This document shows positions 48,440-58,367 of a DNA stretch of 64,000 bases, piece after piece. Position 1 is the first letter of the stretch. Every line of letters begins with the position of its first letter. Source of the DNA: Patescibacteria group bacterium (GTDB lineage Bacteria; Patescibacteriota; Minisyncoccia; UBA9983); assembly GCA_040752125.1 (NCBI GenBank), contig JBFMFK010000003.1, positions 19,034 through 83,033 of the forward strand, written 5' to 3'. A program made the position numbers and the translations under genes. The notes under the pieces are model-generated. The model was given only the letters and a program-made list of their open reading frames with translations. It was not told where the DNA came from and made no database searches.

Positions 48440-49801
48440 ATGAGCAAGGCTCAATCTGAAAAGAAGAATAGCATAGATAAAGATATAAGTCAAGATGTGG
48501 TGACGAGGTTTGCGCCGAGTCCAACAGGAGTTTTGCATATAGGCGGTGCGAGAACTGCGCTTTTTAATTATTTATTTGCCAGACAAAATAATGGCAGGTT
48601 TATCTTGCGCCTTGAAGATACTGATAAAGAGCGATCTAAAAAAGAATGTGAAGAAGATATTATTCGTAGTTTAAAATGGCTGGGTTTAGATTGGGATAAA
48701 TCTTACAAGCAAAGTGAACGCAAGGAAATCTATAAAAAATATATTAATCATCTGATAAAAAAAAGGAGGGCTTATATTTCAAAAGAAGTGACGGGCAACA
48801 GGGCAACAGTGATAAGATTTAAAAATCCCTGCACAAAAATCAGCTTTCAGGATTTAATTAGAGGTCAAATAGAATTTGATACCACAGAATTGGGTGATTT
48901 TGTAATTGCCAAAGATGAAAATACGCCCCTTTTCCATCTAACCGGCGCCATAGATGATTACGAAATGAAAATTTCTCATATTATACGCGGAGAAGATCAT
49001 ATTTCCAACACTCCTCGGCAAATTCTTATTCAGCAGGCTCTTGATTTCTCTAGCCCAATTTATTCCCATATTCCATTAATCTTGGGTCCTGACCGTTCAA
49101 AACTTTCCAAGCGCCACGGTGCTGTTTCTTTAAAAGAATACAAAGATATCGGTTATTTGTCAGAAGCACTGATAAATTTTTTGGCTTTTTTGGGATGGAA
49201 TCCTGGGACGGAAAAAGAAATTTTCAGTTTGGAAGAATTGATAAAAGAATTTTCTTTAAAGCAAGTCCAGAAAAGCGGAGCAATTTTTAATATTGAAAAA
49301 TTAAACTGGATAAATAAGCAATATATTATGAAAAAGAATTTAGAAGAATTGGCCGTTGAATTGATATATTTTCTTCCAGAAAAATGGCGAGAAAAAGCAG
49401 AAAATGAAAAAAAATTCTGGAGAAAAATAGCGGGACTAGAAAGAGAAAGAATCAGTACCTTGTCAGAAATAGGGGAGAGTATAAATTATTTTTTTGAAGA
49501 GCCTAATTATGAAAAAGAAAAATTATTATGGAAAAATGAAAAAAGTTTAAATAATGTGGAGGTTTACCTTAAAAAAATTATAGAGATGCTAAGCAAATTA
49601 AGTGAAAAAGAATTTACGTCGCACAATATCAAAGAGTTGATTTGGGATTATGCTGAAAAACAAGGAAGAGGCAATGTTTTATGGCCTCTTAGGGTGTCCT
49701 TAACAGGCTTGGAAAAATCTCCGGAACCTTTTATAATTTCAGAAATACTAGGCCAAACAGAGACAATAAGAAGAATTCAAAATGCAATCAATAAATTATA
49801 A
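48440..49801 (+). CDS. gltX: Glutamate--tRNA ligase
   Basis: RFAPSPTG, HIGG, IRGEDH, KLSKR. Confidence 0.96.
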   Translation: MSKAQSEKKNSIDKDISQDVVTRFAPSPTGVLHIGGARTALFNYLFARQNNGRFILRLEDTDKERSKKECEEDIIRSLKWLGLDWDKSYKQSERKEIYKKYINHLIKKRRAYISKEVTGNRATVIRFKNPCTKISFQDLIRGQIEFDTTELGDFVIAKDENTPLFHLTGAIDDYEMKISHIIRGEDHISNTPRQILIQQALDFSSPIYSHIPLILGPDRSKLSKRHGAVSLKEYKDIGYLSEALINFLAFLGWNPGTEKEIFSLEELIKEFSLKQVQKSGAIFNIEKLNWINKQYIMKKNLEELAVELIYFLPEKWREKAENEKKFWRKIAGLERERISTLSEIGESINYFFEEPNYEKEKLLWKNEKSLNNVEVYLKKIIEMLSKLSEKEFTSHNIKELIWDYAEKQGRGNVLWPLRVSLTGLEKSPEPFIISEILGQTETIRRIQNAINKL

Positions 49802-51089
49802 GAAAAATTTATTGCAGATTTTTATTTTTGTATTATTTTCTGGCTATTTTTTAATAATCTCTTTTTTAAATGTTTCAGATGTTTCTGCAGAAACAGTAGA
49901 GCAATTAAGGAAAAAAATACAAGAAAGAAACCAGCAAATTGAACAGATTCAGAAAGAGATTGAAAAATATCAAAAACAACTTGATCAGACGCTGGAGGAA
50001 AAGACTACTCTTAAAAATGAAATCAGCCGTTTAGAGATTACTCAAAAAAAATTAATCTCTGATATTAATCTAACTCAAAAACAAATAGAAAGCACTGGCT
50101 TTAATATTGAACGTTTAGAGATAGAGATTGCCGATAAACAAAACAGCATAACAGGCAAAAAAGGTGAGTTATCTGAAATAATCAGAAGCCTGAATGAAGC
50201 AGAATCTCAATCACTGGTAGAAATTACCCTGGCTAATGATACATTGTCAGATTTTTTCACTGATATTGAACGGATGGAAAATTTTCAAAAAGAGCTTAAC
50301 ATCAATCTTAAAGAATTAAAGGAATTGAAAAGTTTTTTAGAAGAAGAAAAAGCTGAGCGGGAAATTGAAAAACAAAATTTTGAAGATTTGAAAGGCAAGC
50401 TTGTTGACCAGAAAATCATTGTTGATTCCACAAAAAAACAAAAGAATCAGATTCTCACCCTAACAAAAAACAAAGAAGAAAATTACAAAAAAATCTTGGC
50501 TGATAGAGTTACTAAACAGAAAGCATTAGAAGATGAAATAAGATCAATTGAAGAACAAATAAGAGTGGTCATTGATCCTAGTTCATTGCCCCGGGCCGGT
50601 TCAGGTGTTTTGAAATGGCCACTAGATTCTATAATGATCACTCAATATTTTGGTAATACGCCCTTCGCAACCCAAAATCCACAGGTTTATAATGGTCAAG
50701 GTCATAATGGGATAGATCTTCGGGCAAGCATTGGAACTCCAGTTAAGGCTGCTGGTGATGGAACAATAACTGCCATTGGAGATACTGATCAAAGTTGTTA
50801 TGGAGTTTCTTTTGGCAAATGGATATTAATCAGTCATCCTAATAATCTCTCAACATTATACGCCCATCTTTCTTTAATCCGGGTTTCTATTGGCCAATCT
50901 GTAAAAGCTGGCAATATAATCGGCTATGCTGGCACAACCGGATACACTACAGGACCACATCTTCATTTTAGTGTCTATGCCACGCCAGGGGTGAAAATTG
51001 ATCAGATAAGAAGCAAAATATGCGGCACAATGATGACTTTACCGGTTGCTTCTTTCAATAGTTATTTAAATCCCTTGTCATATCTCTAA
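49782..51089 (+). CDS. Coiled-coil + M23 peptidase (EnvC-like murein hydrolase/activator)
   Basis: Signal peptide, long coiled coil, HNGID, YAHLS, GPHLHF. Confidence 0.9.
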   Translation: MQSINYKKNLLQIFIFVLFSGYFLIISFLNVSDVSAETVEQLRKKIQERNQQIEQIQKEIEKYQKQLDQTLEEKTTLKNEISRLEITQKKLISDINLTQKQIESTGFNIERLEIEIADKQNSITGKKGELSEIIRSLNEAESQSLVEITLANDTLSDFFTDIERMENFQKELNINLKELKELKSFLEEEKAEREIEKQNFEDLKGKLVDQKIIVDSTKKQKNQILTLTKNKEENYKKILADRVTKQKALEDEIRSIEEQIRVVIDPSSLPRAGSGVLKWPLDSIMITQYFGNTPFATQNPQVYNGQGHNGIDLRASIGTPVKAAGDGTITAIGDTDQSCYGVSFGKWILISHPNNLSTLYAHLSLIRVSIGQSVKAGNIIGYAGTTGYTTGPHLHFSVYATPGVKIDQIRSKICGTMMTLPVASFNSYLNPLSYL

Positions 51090-51112
51090 AATTCGTGTTA
51101 TTATATTGAATA

Positions 51113-51358
51113 ATGAAAAATCAAGGTTTTATAAAGCTTTTAATCACTATACTAATTATTATCACTATTTTCAGTCTTCTTGATATAAGTATAAGATCTT
51201 TGGCAGAAAAAATTTGGAACAATATAAAATACTGGTGGGGCAGATACTTAAAAGAGTCTGCAACACGTCTCTTCAGAGAGGTATTAATAAAAGGGCTTCT
51301 TAAACCGTCTATTGAATATATAGAAAGCCATTGGCTGAAAAATGATCTTGCAAAATAA
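51113..51358 (+). CDS. Small membrane protein
   Basis: N-terminal hydrophobic helix. Confidence 0.55.
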   Translation: MKNQGFIKLLITILIIITIFSLLDISIRSLAEKIWNNIKYWWGRYLKESATRLFREVLIKGLLKPSIEYIESHWLKNDLAK

Positions 51359-51387
51359 CTTGCAAAATAAATGGTATAGAGATAGAG

Positions 51388-51423
51388 TAAAGTGTCGCAA
51401 AAGGTATATTGTCCGACACTTTA
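51388..51423. repeat. Inverted repeat upstream of the nuclease gene
   Basis: TAAAGTGTCG-16nt-CGACACTTTA. Confidence 0.75.
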
Positions 51424-51443
51424 TATTTTAATCCCCTAAAATT

Positions 51444-52625
51444 ATGCGAATATCATATACTGCATTAGATACATATAAATCCTGTCCATTGAAATTTAAA
51501 TTTCAGGAAATTGACAAAATAAAAGTTCCTAAAAATATAGAATTGATTTTTGGCTCTGTTGTGCATTCTTCTTTGAAATATATGTTTGAAAGAAGTCCTC
51601 TCTACCCTACCATTGATCAAGTTATTGACTTCTTTCGTAATTTATGGGACGAAAAACTGCAGGCCTTTAATACTCCTGATTTTGAACAAAAGAAAAAAGT
51701 CTATTATGAAGAAGGTATTGATATGCTCAAAAGATTTTATAAACATAATCAGCCGTGGAATTTTAATGTTGTTGATTTGGAGTCACGTTTTGAAGCTGAT
51801 ATAACCGACAAAAAATCTGGAGAAAAACATACTTTAGTGGGAACAATAGACAGAATTGATAAAAATCATGACGAAAATTTCTATGAAATCATAGATTATA
51901 AAACTCAAAAGAGGATGCCCTCAAAAGATTCTATTGATCAAGATCTGCAGATATCAATTTATCAGTTGGGTTTGATTAAAAAGTGGCCGCATTTATCTCA
52001 CAATAATATCAAGTTAAGTTTTTATTTTTTAAAGCATGGAGAAAAAATTTCTACCAGTCGCACTGAAGAACAAATAGAAAAAACAAAACACACGATTATA
52101 AAAAACATCAACGAGGTCAAGACGCGCATAAATAACAATTTTGATTTTCCTGCCTATCCTTCTGTGCTTTGTGAATGGTGCGGATACAGATCTATGTGTC
52201 CGATGTGGAAGCATTTGTATGATCAGAAATACGCCAAACTGGATGACGGCCAGGCAAAAGAGATTGTGAAAGAATACTTTGATTTAAAATCGCAAAATGA
52301 ACAAAATAATGAACGCCTAGACGAATTGAAGGCCATTATTTTTGGCTTTATGGATGACCAGAAAATAGACAGGGTTTTCGGCAGCGAGGGTTATTTAACA
52401 AGAAAAACTCAGGAGAGATTTTCTTATGACCTGGAAAAAATAAAGGAGATTTTGACGCCGCTTGGCAAATGGGAGGAAATTTTGTCAGCAGATGAAAAGA
52501 AACTAGAAAAAATCCTCTCTTCCCTATCAGAGGAAGTTCAGGAAAAAATTCTCGCCTTGCGCACTAAAAAGCAAATCACAACTCTCACTGCCTCTAAAAA
52601 GAAAATCGAATCAGAGGAAAAATAA
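51444..52625 (+). CDS. PD-(D/E)XK nuclease, RecB/AddB/Cas4-like with Fe-S cysteines
   Basis: YKSCP, GTIDRID, IIDYKT, QISIY, CEWC..RSMCP. Confidence 0.88.
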   Translation: MRISYTALDTYKSCPLKFKFQEIDKIKVPKNIELIFGSVVHSSLKYMFERSPLYPTIDQVIDFFRNLWDEKLQAFNTPDFEQKKKVYYEEGIDMLKRFYKHNQPWNFNVVDLESRFEADITDKKSGEKHTLVGTIDRIDKNHDENFYEIIDYKTQKRMPSKDSIDQDLQISIYQLGLIKKWPHLSHNNIKLSFYFLKHGEKISTSRTEEQIEKTKHTIIKNINEVKTRINNNFDFPAYPSVLCEWCGYRSMCPMWKHLYDQKYAKLDDGQAKEIVKEYFDLKSQNEQNNERLDELKAIIFGFMDDQKIDRVFGSEGYLTRKTQERFSYDLEKIKEILTPLGKWEEILSADEKKLEKILSSLSEEVQEKILALRTKKQITTLTASKKKIESEEK

Positions 52626-52654
52626 AAAGGCGATCTCTATTTCAATCGCCTTTT
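52624..52654. terminator. Bidirectional terminator between convergent genes
   Basis: AAAAGGCGAT/ATCGCCTTTT. Confidence 0.75.
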
Positions 52655-52686
52655 AGTTTTTTGGTTATAGTTTAATTTTTAATAGT

Positions 52687-53247
52687 TTAATTTTTACCTG
52701 TCAGTTCTTTCCAGTGAGTCTTTGGTCGTAGACGTTTAGATCCCTGTTTGCATAAAGCACATTCTTCTGGTGGCACTGCCCAGATTTCTTTTTCTATCAA
52801 AGCAACAATGAGTCTTTTACCATAATAATCAATTGGCAGTTTTGGCGGCCGATGGACAAGAATACCAACATAAGGAAGAAAATTAACTGGATTTGGGTTC
52901 CCTTCTCTTATTGCTCTCTCTACCTCATTAAGGGTATGAGCAGTAGTTGTAAGTTCCTCAATTTGTAAGACTGAATCTCCTTCTGGGATTGCCATTCTTT
53001 TCCATATCATTTTTTTACCTTTTGGATCAGTTGGGTCTTTTTCTACGCACATATTGATAGGTGCACTAATGGCTCTAGCCACATCGTGGGCAAAAGTAAT
53101 TCCAGCCATAGGAGAACCTATTACCCAATCAACTCTGGTGTCAATTTTGCTGTAAGCAATAATCTTACGGATTTTTTCCCCCAACTGGTCTGCTAGGATA
53201 TCAGAAAGATTAATATATTTGAGAACTCGTAAGCAATCGAAGAACCC
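52687..53247 (-). pseudogene. Type I phosphoribosyltransferase (PyrE-like), apparently 5'-truncated
   Basis: GSPMAGI, VLQIEELTTTAHT PRPP loop, CALC tail; frame stays open upstream (GFFDCLRVLK) but has no ATG before a stop at 53281-83. Confidence 0.6.
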
Positions 53248-53341
53248 AATAATATTCCTAACATTTTGAAGTAAATTTTGTCAACTATCCCCTATTCCAT
53301 GCCATAGTAATGAATAGATGACAATATGTCGCAAAATAAAG

Positions 53342-53375
53342 TGAACATTTATCTGCGATAGCAAGTATATGTACA
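53342..53375 (+). repeat. Solo copy of the PaaX-like-gene-flanking hairpin
   Basis: TGAACATTTA-TCTGCGATAGCAAG-TATATGTACA; 21 nt identical to 63157-63177. Confidence 0.85.
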
Positions 53376-53437
53376 TTATCTCAAAAAATCTCAAAAGAAA
53401 AATTAAAAATAAAAAAGCAGCATCTTTCAACCACCTT

Positions 53438-53803
53438 TTATTTCAACCCTTTGCAGTTGGAAGCAGGGACATAGCCGGCCTTGCGTGCCTCTTCTATGGA
53501 AGAAAACCAAATTTTATTTTCTTCTTTTATTTGCTGAGCACCGCCACACCAAGGATAGTGGTATTTAGTGCCGTTTTTAGAAGCCACAACACTTCCGTGC
53601 GAATCGAAACCGGGTTTCGATTCTATCATAAGGTTGGCACTCAAATTTTCTATGGTTATAGGTACTCTATTTTCCCTTATTTTTGATAATCTGCCCAAGC
53701 CAAAACTAATCAAGGCAACAAGAATAATAACCATTACTAAAAGAATATCTTTTTCATAAGATTGAATTTTGGATTTGCATTTTTTTACGGTTTCTGTTAA
53801 CAT
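53438..53803 (-). CDS. Membrane-anchored protein with Ada-like metal-binding domain
   Basis: TM helix; [14 protein letters not shown]...F.S.EEA..AGY.P..NC; ATG 53803 preferred. Confidence 0.8.
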   Translation of the reverse strand: MLTETVKKCKSKIQSYEKDILLVMVIILVALISFGLGRLSKIRENRVPITIENLSANLMIESKPGFDSHGSVVASKNGTKYHYPWCGGAQQIKEENKIWFSSIEEARKAGYVPASNCKGLK

Positions 53804-53812
53804 ATAAGGAAT

Positions 53813-54091
53813 ATGGCTCATCGTAAAGCTGGTGGTACAGCTAAAAACTTAAGAGATTCACAGCCGAAATTTTTAGGCGTAAAACTTTATGGCGGTCATT
53901 CTGCAAAGCCTGGGTCTATTTTGGTTCGCCAGCGCGGTACGCAGATACTTCCCGGAAATAATGTCAAAATGGGGAAAGATCATACTTTATATGCTGTTAA
54001 TGCTGGCATTGTGAAATTCACAGAAAAAAGAAAAACAAGATTTGACAGAAAAATTCGGAGATATAAAATTGTTAATGTTATCCCCTCTTAG
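53813..54091 (+). CDS. rpmA: 50S ribosomal protein L27
   Basis: [27 protein letters not shown]. Confidence 0.97.
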   Translation: MAHRKAGGTAKNLRDSQPKFLGVKLYGGHSAKPGSILVRQRGTQILPGNNVKMGKDHTLYAVNAGIVKFTEKRKTRFDRKIRRYKIVNVIPS

Positions 54092-55712
54092 ATTTTGTTA
54101 TTATCTTCACAAACTCTTTAAACAAAGGGTGGGGATTTAAGGGGCGCGATTTAAATTCTGGATGGAATTGTACGCCAACAAAAAATGGGTGTTTCTTCCG
54201 TGATAATTCTGCTATTTCCATTAATTTTTTATCAGGGGATTGGCCGGAAAAAATTAATCCCTTCTTTTCTAAAATCTTAATGTAATCAGGATTCACTTCC
54301 CAACGATGCCGATGTCTTTCCGAGATCAAATGTTCTTTATAGGCGTTGAAGGCAATGGTATTTTTCTTTAAGATAGCTGGATAAGCGCCCAATCTCATCG
54401 TGGCTCCATAATTTTTATCTTCCAGATTTTTCTTTTGGTCAGGTAAAATATCAATCACAGGATATCTTGTCTTTCTGTCTACTTCTGTGGTATTTGCCTT
54501 TTTCAAGCCGCAAACATTTCTTGCAAATTCTACAACCATCAGCTGCATGCCATAACAAAGACCAAAAAAAGGAATTTTATTTTCACGACAGAATTGTATT
54601 GCCTTTATTTTTCCTTCGATTCCCCTACTCCCAAACCCCCCGGGCACAATGATGCCCTGATAATTTTTTAAATCTTTCAGGGCCTTAGGATCTTTTTCAA
54701 ATTTTTCAGCATCAATCCAGTTAATCGCTGGCCTTCTTTTATAAAAACAAAGAGCATGCTTAACAGATTCTATTACAGAAATATAAGAATCTGATAAGAG
54801 GAAATCACCGGTTCCGAAATATTTTCCAACTACGCCGATCTTCAACGGTATTTTTGAGGCCCTTAGATATCTTACCATCCGCTGCCACCTCTTCAGGTTT
54901 CTTTTTTTAGGCTTAAGCTTCAACTTTTTCAAGATAATATCGCTAAGTCTTTCTTTTTCAAAATTGATCGGCGCCTCATAAATACTTTCTATATCTGGAG
55001 CAGAAATTGTCTCCTCTTCCTGCATGCTGCAGTTTACTGCAATTTTTGCCTTGCGTTTTTTATCAAGGGGCATTCTTGATCGCGCAATGATGATGTCGGG
55101 CTGTATGCCCGCTGAATTTAATGTGCGTACAGCATACTGAGTTGGCTTTGTTTTCATCTCCCCGATTTTGCTTGGTATAGGAAGATAGCTTACCAGAATA
55201 AAAAGAACATCGTTTGGTTTCCTCAGTTTTAATATCCTTGCGGCTTCCAAAAATAGGATATTCTGGTATTCTCCAACTGTCCCGCCAATCTCTATAATGA
55301 TAAAATCTGCCCTTGCCTTTTGGCCGGCCTTTTTGATTCTTTCAATTACCTCTAGGGGAATATGGGGCACAACTTCAACACATTTGCCACCATAACCTAA
55401 GTTTCTTTCTCTATTTATCACGGAAAGATAAATACTTCCTGTTGTCATATAATTAATCGCCGGCAGGTTTATATCTAAAAACCTTTCGTAATTTCCCATA
55501 TCTTGGTCGGTTTCTGTTCCCTCTTCCAAAACAAAAACTTCTCCATGTTCAGTCGGATTCATTGTACCTGCATCTACATTTACATAGGGATCAATTTTAA
55601 TGGCAGTAACATTAAATCCTCTAGATTGCAGAATCTTACCAATGGCAGCAGAGGCAACACCTTTCCCTACCCCAGAAATTACACCGCCAACTACAAAAAT
55701 ATATTTGGTCAT
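54078..55712 (-). CDS. pyrG: CTP synthase
   Basis: [34 protein letters not shown]. Confidence 0.98.
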   Translation of the reverse strand: MTKYIFVVGGVISGVGKGVASAAIGKILQSRGFNVTAIKIDPYVNVDAGTMNPTEHGEVFVLEEGTETDQDMGNYERFLDINLPAINYMTTGSIYLSVINRERNLGYGGKCVEVVPHIPLEVIERIKKAGQKARADFIIIEIGGTVGEYQNILFLEAARILKLRKPNDVLFILVSYLPIPSKIGEMKTKPTQYAVRTLNSAGIQPDIIIARSRMPLDKKRKAKIAVNCSMQEEETISAPDIESIYEAPINFEKERLSDIILKKLKLKPKKRNLKRWQRMVRYLRASKIPLKIGVVGKYFGTGDFLLSDSYISVIESVKHALCFYKRRPAINWIDAEKFEKDPKALKDLKNYQGIIVPGGFGSRGIEGKIKAIQFCRENKIPFFGLCYGMQLMVVEFARNVCGLKKANTTEVDRKTRYPVIDILPDQKKNLEDKNYGATMRLGAYPAILKKNTIAFNAYKEHLISERHRHRWEVNPDYIKILEKKGLIFSGQSPDKKLMEIAELSRKKHPFFVGVQFHPEFKSRPLNPHPLFKEFVKIITKSKRG

Positions 55713-56134
55713 GTTACGATAGTGATAAATTGTTTATCTCTCACCTTTATCCTATATTCTCCTATTGATTTTATCGGGTGCTCTAATTCTATAATCTCTG
55801 AAGGGATATCAATATGATGCTGTTCTTTCAAAATTTTGCTTATTTGTTCCGGCTGAATAGCGGCGAATAAATGTCCCTTTTCATTGGCCTTTGTTTTATA
55901 AGTTATTTTAATCCCGTCCAAACTCTCAATGTTTTTCGTCAAAATATCTTCCTGTATCGCCCGCTCTTCAGCTATCTGTTTCTTCTTTTTTTCTATTGCT
56001 TGAACATTAGCTGTTGTGGCAATTACAACGAGTTTTTTAGGAATCAAAAAGTTACGCGCATAACCATCGTTGACATTTTTTACTTCATATTTCCTGCCTA
56101 CCCTCGGCACATCTTGGAGAAGAATAACTTTCAT
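55709..56134 (-). CDS. rplI: 50S ribosomal protein L9
   Basis: MKVILLQDV, GYARNFLIP, PIKSIGEY. Confidence 0.95.
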   Translation of the reverse strand: MKVILLQDVPRVGRKYEVKNVNDGYARNFLIPKKLVVIATTANVQAIEKKKKQIAEERAIQEDILTKNIESLDGIKITYKTKANEKGHLFAAIQPEQISKILKEQHHIDIPSEIIELEHPIKSIGEYRIKVRDKQFITIVT

Positions 56135-56202
56135 TGTTAAAATTATAATAGCATATCTGAATTAACTTGCAAAAACTTTGAAAATCAACGATAATTAAAA
56201 AT

Positions 56203-56598
56203 ATGAACGAAAATAAGCTGAGCAATCTTAAGAAGATTTTTAAATTTTATCCACAGATAAAACTTGTTTATCTTTTTGGTTCAAGGGCAAAAGGTAAAAC
56301 AGGTCCTCTCAGTGATTATGACTTCGCTTTTTATATAGATGAAAAAGACAAGAAAAAAGTTTTTGAACTGAAATTTAAATTAATGGATGAAATAACCAAT
56401 GAATTAAAAACAGACAAGGTTGACATAATAATGTTAGACACAACAGAAGGACCTGAAATAAAATATAATATCATTAAGGAAGGTAAATTAATCTATGGAA
56501 AAGAGCCATATAAGATTTTAATTGAACCAAAAATTTTCAATGAATATTTTGATTTTATTTCTATTCTTAAAAGACATAATCTTACAAAAGTATCATGA
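56203..56598 (+). CDS. MNT (MntA-like) antitoxin
   Basis: YLFGSRAKGKTGPLSDYDFA. Confidence 0.9.
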   Translation: MNENKLSNLKKIFKFYPQIKLVYLFGSRAKGKTGPLSDYDFAFYIDEKDKKKVFELKFKLMDEITNELKTDKVDIIMLDTTEGPEIKYNIIKEGKLIYGKEPYKILIEPKIFNEYFDFISILKRHNLTKVS

Positions 56599-57011
56599 CT
56601 AATTTAAGTATAATTGAAAATAAAATAAGTGCCATCCAAAAGTATTTAAAGATTCTTGAAGGATACCAAAAATATTCCAGGAAAGAAATAGAAGAAAATA
56701 TTGACATCAGAGGAGCTGTAGAAAGATATCTCTATCTTGTTAGTCAAGCAGCCATTGATTTAGCAGGGGCGGTTATTTCTTTTAAAAACTTGCGCAAACC
56801 CAGCACTCTTAGTGAAAGCTTCCATATTCTTAATGAAGAAAATATTATCCCGAAGGAATTAGTTGAAAAAATGACAAGAATGACTGGGTTTAGAAATATC
56901 ATCGCTCATGATTATGAAAAAGTAAATTATGATATTGTCTATGACATTTTGCACAATAAGCTTAAAGATATTGAAGAGTTTACAAAGATTATCAAAATGC
57001 TAAAATCTTAA
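56595..57011 (+). CDS. HEPN (HepT/DUF86) toxin
   Basis: AVERYL, GFRNIIAHDY (R-x4-H). Confidence 0.9.
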   Translation: MTNLSIIENKISAIQKYLKILEGYQKYSRKEIEENIDIRGAVERYLYLVSQAAIDLAGAVISFKNLRKPSTLSESFHILNEENIIPKELVEKMTRMTGFRNIIAHDYEKVNYDIVYDILHNKLKDIEEFTKIIKMLKS

Positions 57012-58220
57012 AGTTGACATTAATATCTCTATTGCCTTATCCATTTGGGGATCACGATTGGATTCTTTATCTTTTTCTGTCATTTCCACTTTTATATTAG
57101 GTTCTAAACCGCCTTTGGAGATTGATTTACCATCAGGAGTCAACCATTGAGCAATGGTCAATTTAAGTGATGTATCCTTTGTCACTGGAATCAATTCCTG
57201 TACTGATCCCTTACCGAACGTCTTAACGCCAACTAACCTCGCTGTTTTGTATTCTTGAAGGGCGCCAGCGAGAATTTCAGAAGCAGAGGCACTGCCATTA
57301 TTGATCAAAATAACTATAGGTAAATTATTAAAAATATCATAACCTTTACTCCTATAAACATTCTCATCGCCAGTAGCAAAAGTTTCTTTTGTGATGATCT
57401 TCCCAGCAGGCAAAAACCAGCTGGCAATATCAACCGCCGCTTCTAAATAACCGCCGGGGTTATTTCTCAAGTCAAGAATCAGCTTGTCATTACCTGACAA
57501 AATAAATTCTCTAAGCGCCGCTCTGAAGGCGGTTGTCGATGTCCCTCCAAAATTATACAGTTTAATTATAAAAATTCCTCCGGGTTTAGATTCTGTATTC
57601 AAAACAGGAATATTGATAACATCTCTTACAATCTCTACTTCAAAAGGAATGTCTTTACTTTCCCTCACAATAAGTAATTTAACTTTTGTTCCCCTTGGTC
57701 CTCTGATCAATTGAGCAGCATCATCAGATGTCATATTGACAGTCATCTCGTCATTGATCTTAAGTATTTTATCTCCTGGTTTAAGACCGGCTTTTTCCGC
57801 AGGCGAATTTTTAAGAGGAGAAACAATGGTCAATGCTCCATCTTTGACAGTAATCTCCATACCAACTCCTTCAAAGTTTCCGCTGATGTCTTCTTCAAAC
57901 ATCTTGGATTTTCCAGGGGGGAAAAAAGTTGAATAAGGATCACCTAAAGAATTAACCATTCCTTCAATGGCGCCCCAGACCTTCTTTTGGTTATCAAGCC
58001 CATCTGATGATGCGAATTTTTCATCAATAATATTCCACGTTTTCCAAAATGGTTCAAAATCAATATTTGCTGGCTTTTCCTTATCTTTATTAATAACTCC
58101 AACTGCCTTTTCTATTTCGGGCCGCTGGGAATAACCAAAAAAAACGCCTCCTGTAAAGATCCCCAAAAGAAGCGCAAAGATTATGAAAATATAGATACCT
58201 TTTTTTATTGGCCGATTCAT
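57000..58220 (-). CDS. ctpA: Carboxyl-terminal processing protease (S41)
   Basis: PDZ, LDLRNNPGG, SASASEI, TFGKGSVQ. Confidence 0.93.
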   Translation of the reverse strand: MNRPIKKGIYIFIIFALLLGIFTGGVFFGYSQRPEIEKAVGVINKDKEKPANIDFEPFWKTWNIIDEKFASSDGLDNQKKVWGAIEGMVNSLGDPYSTFFPPGKSKMFEEDISGNFEGVGMEITVKDGALTIVSPLKNSPAEKAGLKPGDKILKINDEMTVNMTSDDAAQLIRGPRGTKVKLLIVRESKDIPFEVEIVRDVINIPVLNTESKPGGIFIIKLYNFGGTSTTAFRAALREFILSGNDKLILDLRNNPGGYLEAAVDIASWFLPAGKIITKETFATGDENVYRSKGYDIFNNLPIVILINNGSASASEILAGALQEYKTARLVGVKTFGKGSVQELIPVTKDTSLKLTIAQWLTPDGKSISKGGLEPNIKVEMTEKDKESNRDPQMDKAIEILMSTLRF

Positions 58221-58261
58221 TTAATTTATTATCACAGATTTATATTCTTTTTTCAATGTTT

Positions 58262-58295
58262 GGAGGTTGAACCTCTGTTTAGAGGTTCAACCTCC
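58262..58295. repeat. REPIN-like doublet palindrome
   Basis: GGAGGTTGAACCTCT-GTTT-AGAGGTTCAACCTCC; each arm is itself palindromic. Confidence 0.85.
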
Positions 58296-58367
58296 TGCGC
58301 GTTTCCATCGCTTTTTTATATTGTCCTTTTATTTCAAAATTAGACATTATATAATAAATCCAATAAT

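Noticed and set aside
1019-49801. Shortened alaS, proS, aspS, gltX and holB as pseudogenes
   Set aside because: Frames are intact with catalytic motifs; compact forms fit genome streamlining.
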